IMG/VR virus record: IMGVR_UViG_3300002144_000620
Location: 1 to 64,000 of that record
Reading direction: 5' to 3' (one strand)
DNA length: 64,000 nucleotides
DNA from: a virus
Part shown: one piece after another, positions 58,304 to 64,000 of the stretch
Layout of the letters: each line of letters opens with the position of its first letter
Position numbering within the stretch: the stretch's first letter is position 1
The notes under the pieces: generated by a model
Database searches by the model: none
Seen by the model: the letters and a program-made list of their open reading frames with translations, nothing else
Told to the model about the DNA's origin: nothing
Program-made: the position numbers and the translations under genes

Positions 58304-59071
58304 ATGGCATTACCTGGTTCATTTAAAAAGAAAATTAACATAACAAAAGATCGTGCTAATATTTCATACCCGTACTCTATGCAAAGTGGTGCGGCCGAAA
58401 ATATGAAGGATATGATTATTGATAAAGACACTTATCTACCTAAAGGTGTATTACATATAGATTTAGATAGGGGTTTTAAAGAGTTTGTTAATAACGAATT
58501 GTCATTATCGCTTGATGGTGATAAAGTACCTGTTTTTATGATGGGTATTCAGGCTTGGAATGAGTTTTCACAAACATGGAAATTCTCTGATGAATATAAG
58601 AACGTTAAGATACCTTTTGTAAATATAGTTAGGAGTCCAGACACGAGGTACGGAACTAACCCATCAATGAGATACAATATTCCAACTGGTAAACATTATA
58701 CTTATTCTGAGGTACCAACTTGGGATGGTAATAATAAAGGTGTTGATATATATCAAATACCACAACCCATACCTATTGATATAATGTATTCGGTTAGAAT
58801 ATTTGCTTATAGACAACAGGAATTAAATAAATTTAACGCTAAAGTACTTAAGAATTTTCAAAGTAGGCAAGCTTACACGGTTGTTAATGGACATTATATA
58901 CCAATAGTTCTTGAAGATACTTCTGATGAGAGTCAAGTAACTGATTTAACTAACAAAAGATTTTATGTACAGTTATATACATTTAATTTACAAGGTTTTA
59001 TATTAGACCCTGACGACTTTATTGTAACTCCGTCAGTTAGTAGAACTTTAACTATAACAGAAAGTAGGTAA
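58304..59071 (+). CDS. Tail terminator/sheath stabiliser (gp15-like)
   Basis: IP.P.PIDI.YSV.I...Q.ELN pattern and synteny with the sheath gene. Confidence 0.6.
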   Translation: MALPGSFKKKINITKDRANISYPYSMQSGAAENMKDMIIDKDTYLPKGVLHIDLDRGFKEFVNNELSLSLDGDKVPVFMMGIQAWNEFSQTWKFSDEYKNVKIPFVNIVRSPDTRYGTNPSMRYNIPTGKHYTYSEVPTWDGNNKGVDIYQIPQPIPIDIMYSVRIFAYRQQELNKFNAKVLKNFQSRQAYTVVNGHYIPIVLEDTSDESQVTDLTNKRFYVQLYTFNLQGFILDPDDFIVTPSVSRTLTITESR

Positions 59072-59175
59072 AAATAAATAAACTTTTTTTAAAATGAACC
59101 TACTTTAAGGTTTTTTGGTAAAAAGTTTAATATTTATCAATAAGTAAAATTAAATTATAAATAAAATTAAAAGAT

Positions 59176-62100
59176 ATGGCAAACAAAGTTTATACATCAC
59201 CAGGTGTTTATACGACAGAAAAAGACTTAACATTCACAACTGAAACAGTTGGGGTAACTACTTTAGGTAGTGTTGGTGAGACATTAAAAGGCCCAGCGTT
59301 TCAACCAGTGTTTATTAGGAATTTTGACGAATTTAAAACAACTTTCGGTGGAACAGACCCGCAAAAATTTAAAAACACACAAATTGTAAAATATGAGTTA
59401 CCTTATATTGCTAAACAGTATTTAACACAATCAAACCAATTATATGTAACGAGAGTATTAGGTTTATCTGGTTACGAAGCTGGTATGTCTTGGGCTGTTA
59501 AGACTATGGGTGCTATTGATGATACAACATTATCAACTACAGGTGTTACTAAAACAACAATAAGTTTCGAGTTTGATACAGCTACTAACGAATTCTATGT
59601 AGGTTCAACGAGCTTAGCTCAGTATATTCAAGATGAAACTGGTATTAACCAGACTGAGTTTGATGTTGCTTTTGATAGTTATTTCACCACAATAGGTGGT
59701 TATGTAGACAAACCTTTTTATGATAAAAAACACTCAATGTACTGGGGTTTATTAACCAGTGGATTAGAGTCTGATATTGATACAGATGCTCTTACTGATA
59801 ACTTATCTTTACCAATTTACGTTGATTCTTATGAGTTACCGTTAACAATACCGACAGCTGATAGAGACGCTTATATACTTAACAATGAATTAGTATATAA
59901 CCCAACTACTCAAATGTATGAAGGTGTTAGTTTTGGTTTGTATTGTCATTCTTTTGTACCTGAGTCACCAAGTGTTCTTGCTGGTAAATTAGAGTTATAT
60001 ATCACTAAATTAGAAGCTGAGCCGTTTGCGGAAGGACATAATAAAACAATCGCTACTATTAGAAGTAGAGGTAATTATGTTTCAGATGTTTTACAATACA
60101 AAGTTGGATCTTTAGCAATGGTTGCTCCTGCTGATTTAGCTAATAACCCGTATTTATCATTTGATTTAACTGGAACTACAGCTAATCCATCTGGTAATGA
60201 ATTTACATACACAGTATCATTGGAAAAAGGTAAAGCTAATTATATTAAAAATGTAATAGGTTCTACTGTTGATGATAAAGACGCTTTAATATATGTTGAA
60301 GAAGTTTATGACAACTCATTAAGTTTTGGTAGATTGGGTGGTAAGATTAAAGGTTTATTTACTGAATTAATTTCAGTAAATAGCTGGGATCACTACAAAT
60401 TCCAATTCCAATCACCTGTTACACCTTTCATAGTTTCAGAATTAAGAGGTGGTTTACCTCAAAGATTGTTTAGATTGATTTCTATTTCTGATGGTAGTAA
60501 CGCAAACTTTGATATTAAATTATCTATAGCTAACGTTGATCTTTCAAAAAGAACATTTGATTTATATATTAGATCTTTTAACGATACTGATAAAGCGGCT
60601 GTTCTTTTAGAGAAATTCCTTGATTGTACAATGGATGAAACTTTAGATAATTACGTTGGTAGAAAAATTGGTACAATAGATAACAAATACCCACTTAAGA
60701 GTAGTTATGTTGTTTTAGAAATAGCTGATAACGCACCTAATGATGGTGTTGCAGCTGGTTTTGAGGGTTATGAATTTAGAACAAATGGAGAAACTGGTAA
60801 TGCAGCTCTTTTAGTACCTGAAATGCCTTATAAATTAGAATATTATGCACCTGGTGATACAATTTTTGATCCACCATTTGCTAATCCAGTTATTTCTTCT
60901 GGTGACGTTGTTCGTAAACACTACTTAGGATTTTCTTCTCAGTTTGGTTACGATAAAGACTTACTTTTATTTAAAGGTAAAATTAGTACATTAGGTGATA
61001 ACGCTTACAATACTGGAGATGATTACGTAACCAAAACAAAAGGTTTCCATATGGATATTAATGCTGGCGCTATTGTTGACTCAGTAACTAACGAAGAAGT
61101 TTTTGCTGTTGGTGTCGCTACATTTAATGACGCTACCGTTGTTGATTCTAATACTAATCATCCGTATAATAGTATGAGAACTAGAAAATTCACATGTTTA
61201 TTCTCAGGTGGTTTTGATGGATGGGATGCTTATAGGGTTAACAGAACAAATACCGATGATTATAAAATTGGTAGAACTGGTTTTATTAATAGTTCATTCG
61301 ATACATTTACAAATGTTGAATATGGAGAATTATTCGGTACTTCTGATTACTATGCTACTTTGTATGGTATGAAAACTATGCAGAATCCTGAAGAGATCGC
61401 TATTAATATTTTAACGACTCCTGGTATTGATATGTTAAACAATACAGACTTAGTTAGGGATGCTATAGAGATAGTTGAGGAGAAACGATTAGATTCAATT
61501 TACTTACCTACATTACCAGATATTAAATTACTAAACAATAGTAACGCATCTGACTCTGAAAGTTGGTATTATGCTGAAGACATTGTTGATGAGGTTGAAA
61601 ATACTGAAATCGATTCTAGTTATACAGCTATATATTACCCATGGATACAGATTACAGATACGGATAATAATGCTAACTTATTTATTCCTCCTACAGCTGA
61701 AGTAGTAAGAAACATGGCTTACACAGATAATGTGGCTTACCCATGGTTTGCAACAGCTGGTTATAATAGAGGTTTAGTTAAATGTAACAGAGCACGTATA
61801 GCACTTGATCAAGAATCTAGAGATATACTTTATCCTGGTAGAATTAATCCATTAGCAACTTATTCAGATGTTGGTGTTGTAATTTGGGGTAATAGAAACT
61901 TACAAATCAAATCAAGCGCTCTTGATAGATTAAATATTAGAAGATTGTTATTACAAGCAAGAAGGTTAATTATGAGCGTATCTAAAAGATTATTATTTGA
62001 TCCGAACGATACTACAGTAAGAAATCAATTCTTATCACTTGTTAACCCAATCTTAGACAACATAAGAAAAGAAAGAGGTTTAACTGACTTTAGAGTTACA

Positions 62101-62235
62101 GTTGAGATGGATGTTGAGGATGCGGATAGAAATACCTTAAGAGGTAAGATATTCATTAAACCAACACCTACACTAGAATTCATTGAACTTGAGTTCACGG
62201 TAACTCCACAAAACGTATCTTTCGATAATATCTAA
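59176..62235 (+). CDS. Tail sheath protein (gp18-like)
   Basis: SPGVYTTEKD, GETLKGPAF.P, YYPW, PWFATAGYNRG, INPL, WGNRNL and LDRLNIRRLL motifs. Confidence 0.95.
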   Translation: MANKVYTSPGVYTTEKDLTFTTETVGVTTLGSVGETLKGPAFQPVFIRNFDEFKTTFGGTDPQKFKNTQIVKYELPYIAKQYLTQSNQLYVTRVLGLSGYEAGMSWAVKTMGAIDDTTLSTTGVTKTTISFEFDTATNEFYVGSTSLAQYIQDETGINQTEFDVAFDSYFTTIGGYVDKPFYDKKHSMYWGLLTSGLESDIDTDALTDNLSLPIYVDSYELPLTIPTADRDAYILNNELVYNPTTQMYEGVSFGLYCHSFVPESPSVLAGKLELYITKLEAEPFAEGHNKTIATIRSRGNYVSDVLQYKVGSLAMVAPADLANNPYLSFDLTGTTANPSGNEFTYTVSLEKGKANYIKNVIGSTVDDKDALIYVEEVYDNSLSFGRLGGKIKGLFTELISVNSWDHYKFQFQSPVTPFIVSELRGGLPQRLFRLISISDGSNANFDIKLSIANVDLSKRTFDLYIRSFNDTDKAAVLLEKFLDCTMDETLDNYVGRKIGTIDNKYPLKSSYVVLEIADNAPNDGVAAGFEGYEFRTNGETGNAALLVPEMPYKLEYYAPGDTIFDPPFANPVISSGDVVRKHYLGFSSQFGYDKDLLLFKGKISTLGDNAYNTGDDYVTKTKGFHMDINAGAIVDSVTNEEVFAVGVATFNDATVVDSNTNHPYNSMRTRKFTCLFSGGFDGWDAYRVNRTNTDDYKIGRTGFINSSFDTFTNVEYGELFGTSDYYATLYGMKTMQNPEEIAINILTTPGIDMLNNTDLVRDAIEIVEEKRLDSIYLPTLPDIKLLNNSNASDSESWYYAEDIVDEVENTEIDSSYTAIYYPWIQITDTDNNANLFIPPTAEVVRNMAYTDNVAYPWFATAGYNRGLVKCNRARIALDQESRDILYPGRINPLATYSDVGVVIWGNRNLQIKSSALDRLNIRRLLLQARRLIMSVSKRLLFDPNDTTVRNQFLSLVNPILDNIRKERGLTDFRVTVEMDVEDADRNTLRGKIFIKPTPTLEFIELEFTVTPQNVSFDNI

Positions 62236-62245
62236 TTAAATTAGG

Positions 62246-62279
62246 AAAGGGGTACTCTAAAAAGTATCCCTTTTTTTTT
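62246..62279 (+). terminator. Intrinsic terminator after the sheath gene
   Basis: aaaggggtactctaaaaagtatcccttttttttt. Confidence 0.7.
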
Positions 62280-62306
62280 AAAGAAAAGTTACAAAAGAAA
62301 ATATAT

Positions 62307-62602
62307 TATAGAGTACCTATATTAGTATTAATAATTAATTAAATTAATAATATATATTATATATAAGTACTATAGTATAGAGTACCTTGCTTAAGACCCT
62401 TAACAAAAATAAACATTTGAAATGATAAAGTCAAGTTTTTATAAAAATAATTTTTATTTATGTTAAGAATTAAATAAAATAGTATAGAGTACTATTTATA
62501 ATAAAATAATAATATTTAATATTTATATATAAGTACTATAAGATAGAGTACCTTGCTTAAGACCCTTAACAAAAATACGGATTAGAATTTACAAAGTCAA
62601 GT
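62307..62602. repeat. Two approx. 166-bp-period direct repeats with a 55-bp near-identical core, TAGAGTAC boxes and embedded minus-strand promoters
   Basis: ttatatataagtactata(gt/ag)atagagtaccttgcttaagacccttaacaaaaata at 62357-62411 and 62523-62577. Each is followed 15 nt later by aaagtcaagt. Confidence 0.85.
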
Positions 62603-62692
62603 CCTGATAAAAAAAATTTAAAAAGGTGTGTACAAAGCGAAATGTGTAGATATTTATAATTAACAATAAAGAAAAAATTAAATATATAAAAT

Positions 62693-63181
62693 ATGGCTAA
62701 CTTATTAATGAAAATGCCTGTTCCTTACGAACCAAAGAAAAAGAACAGATTTATTTTAAGATTTCCAAGTTCACTGGGTATTAACGAGTGGTTTGTGATC
62801 TCTACATCTAGACCTAAGGTTACAATAAACGAAGTAGAGATACCTTTCTTAAATACATCAACATATGTTGCTGGTAGATTTAACTGGGAAAGTATTGATG
62901 TTACGTTTAAAGACCCTATTGGGCCTTCAGCTTCTCAAGCTCTAATGGAGTGGGTTCGTTTACACGCTGAGTCGGTAACAGGACGTATGGGTTATGCCGC
63001 TGGTTATAAAAAAGATATTGAACTAGAAATGTTAGATCCAACAGGTGTTGTTGTCGAGAAATGGATTCTTCAAGGAACATTCTTAACAAACGTTGATTTC
63101 GGATCGTTAGAGTACAGTGATGATGAAATTGCAGACATATCAGCTACATTGAGAATGGACCGTTGTATTCTGGTTTACTAA
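62693..63181 (+). CDS. Tail tube protein (gp19-like)
   Basis: EPKKKNRF, YVAGRFNW, GYKKDI.L..LDP.G..VE.W...G.F and L.YS motifs; follows the sheath gene. Confidence 0.88.
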   Translation: MANLLMKMPVPYEPKKKNRFILRFPSSLGINEWFVISTSRPKVTINEVEIPFLNTSTYVAGRFNWESIDVTFKDPIGPSASQALMEWVRLHAESVTGRMGYAAGYKKDIELEMLDPTGVVVEKWILQGTFLTNVDFGSLEYSDDEIADISATLRMDRCILVY

Positions 63182-63209
63182 TAGAAGCTACTATTATTGC
63201 AAATTATTT

Positions 63210-63241
63210 AAAAGGGGTTGTATTTTACAGTCCCTTTTTTT
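63210..63241. terminator. Terminator between convergent tube and endonuclease genes
   Basis: aaaaggggttgtattttacagtccctttttt. Confidence 0.6.
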
Positions 63242-63244
63242 ATT

Positions 63245-63646
63245 TTAATCATTTAGTAGTTTACTATGTTTATCTATAAATTTATTAACCTTCTCAACCA
63301 AAATATCACCTTCCTTCATTTCATGTTCCCATATAATCAATAAAGTATAGTTATGGTCAAACTTAACTAGTTTAACTTTATATTGGTCATTCTTTAAATT
63401 ATTTCTCTGAAAAGTGTACTTAGCTTCTGGGTTATGTGTTTTACAGCAATGGTAAAAACAACCATGTGTTTCAATTATAATACCGTGATCTGGTAATAAA
63501 AAATCAAATTCTCTCTTTTTAAAAACAAAATGTTGTTCATACTTAATACCCAATTCATTAAGTATACCAGCAAACGCAACCTCTAATTTAGACGTTCCGT
63601 TCATTTTTTTTCTAACAGTACGCATTTTTACTTTCTTTTTAGCCAA
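63245..63646 (-). CDS. Vsr/DUF559-like PD-(D/E)xK endonuclease
   Basis: SKLE, FDF, IETHGCFYH, ND..K and LIIWEHE motifs. Confidence 0.75.
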   Translation of the reverse strand: MAKKKVKMRTVRKKMNGTSKLEVAFAGILNELGIKYEQHFVFKKREFDFLLPDHGIIIETHGCFYHCCKTHNPEAKYTFQRNNLKNDQYKVKLVKFDHNYTLLIIWEHEMKEGDILVEKVNKFIDKHSKLLND

Positions 63647-63760
63647 AATATTATTACTTTTAAGTAAATAGGTAATGTTATAACTAAAAAGAAAAAAATA
63701 ACCTTTACACTATTTAAGAATACACTATTATTAAAGAGATTATAATTAAATAAAAAAAAT

Positions 63761-64000
63761 ATGGACGATTCACAACAAATTTACTTTGAGCCAGCACATG
63801 ATGTTATCTCACTACCTTCGGGAGGTATGTTTTACAAGAACAAAAAAGATTCTGTTAAAGTTGCATACATGACAGCTTCAGATGAAAACATTTTAACTTC
63901 ACCAAACTTATTACAGAGTGGTAAAGTATTAGACGTACTACTAGAAAAGAAAATTCTAGATAAAGATATAAAAGCTGGTGACTTACTTCCAGGTGATAGA
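63761..64000 (+). CDS. Baseplate hub assembly protein (T4 gp26-like), 3' truncated
   Basis: MDDSQQIYFEPAHDVISLPSGGMFY...VAYMTASDENILTSPNL...LLPGDR; frame is open to the window end. Confidence 0.7.
   Translation, partial: MDDSQQIYFEPAHDVISLPSGGMFYKNKKDSVKVAYMTASDENILTSPNLLQSGKVLDVLLEKKILDKDIKAGDLLPGDR

Noticed and set aside
2027-58322. Numerous short ORFs overlapping long genes (e.g. 3980-4456, 14680-15231, 32314-32907, 9250-9471)
   Set aside because: They are antisense or out-of-frame shadows of well-supported genes and have no recognisable motifs.
62307-62602. CRISPR mini-array
   Set aside because: Only two copies with a period of about 166 bp, the intervening DNA is AT-rich and partly repeated, and no cas genes are present.
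1-64000. Stop-codon reassignment as seen in some jumbo and crAss-like phages
   Set aside because: Core genes are full length and densely packed under the standard code, and TGA and TAG both occur as apparent stops.

Overview
AT-rich 64 kb segment of a large T4-like (contractile-tailed, probably jumbo) bacteriophage. The host is most likely Bacteroidota: there are TTG-N19/20-TAnnTTTG promoters, no obvious Shine-Dalgarno motifs, and a DUF4494-like gene. Core virion genes include major capsid, scaffold, prohead protease, portal, large terminase, neck, tail terminator, sheath, tube and baseplate. Other core genes are a family B DNA polymerase, SNF2-type helicase, gp55-like sigma factor, PhoH and dUTPase. 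The most striking feature is a very large glycan-building complement in two clusters. Cluster 1 sits between the capsid gene and a long proline-free Gly-X-Y (Ser/Asn-rich) fibre gene and holds a TibC/Aah-like protein O-heptosyltransferase, a NodU/CmcH carbamoyltransferase and GT4/GT25-like enzymes. Cluster 2 holds a nonulosonic-acid cassette (NeuB, NeuA, HAD phosphatase, two GT29 sialyltransferase-like genes, FkbM methylase), further GT2/GT4 genes and an HldE-like heptose kinase. Together these suggest a phage-encoded virion or protein glycosylation system. Other notable items are an extra domain inside the PolB exonuclease, a three-hairpin candidate late ncRNA, a tandem promoter/iteron element (possible origin), a TATTTAT late-promoter motif and modular LamG paralogues. 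All calls come from motif recognition by eye; no database searches were run.
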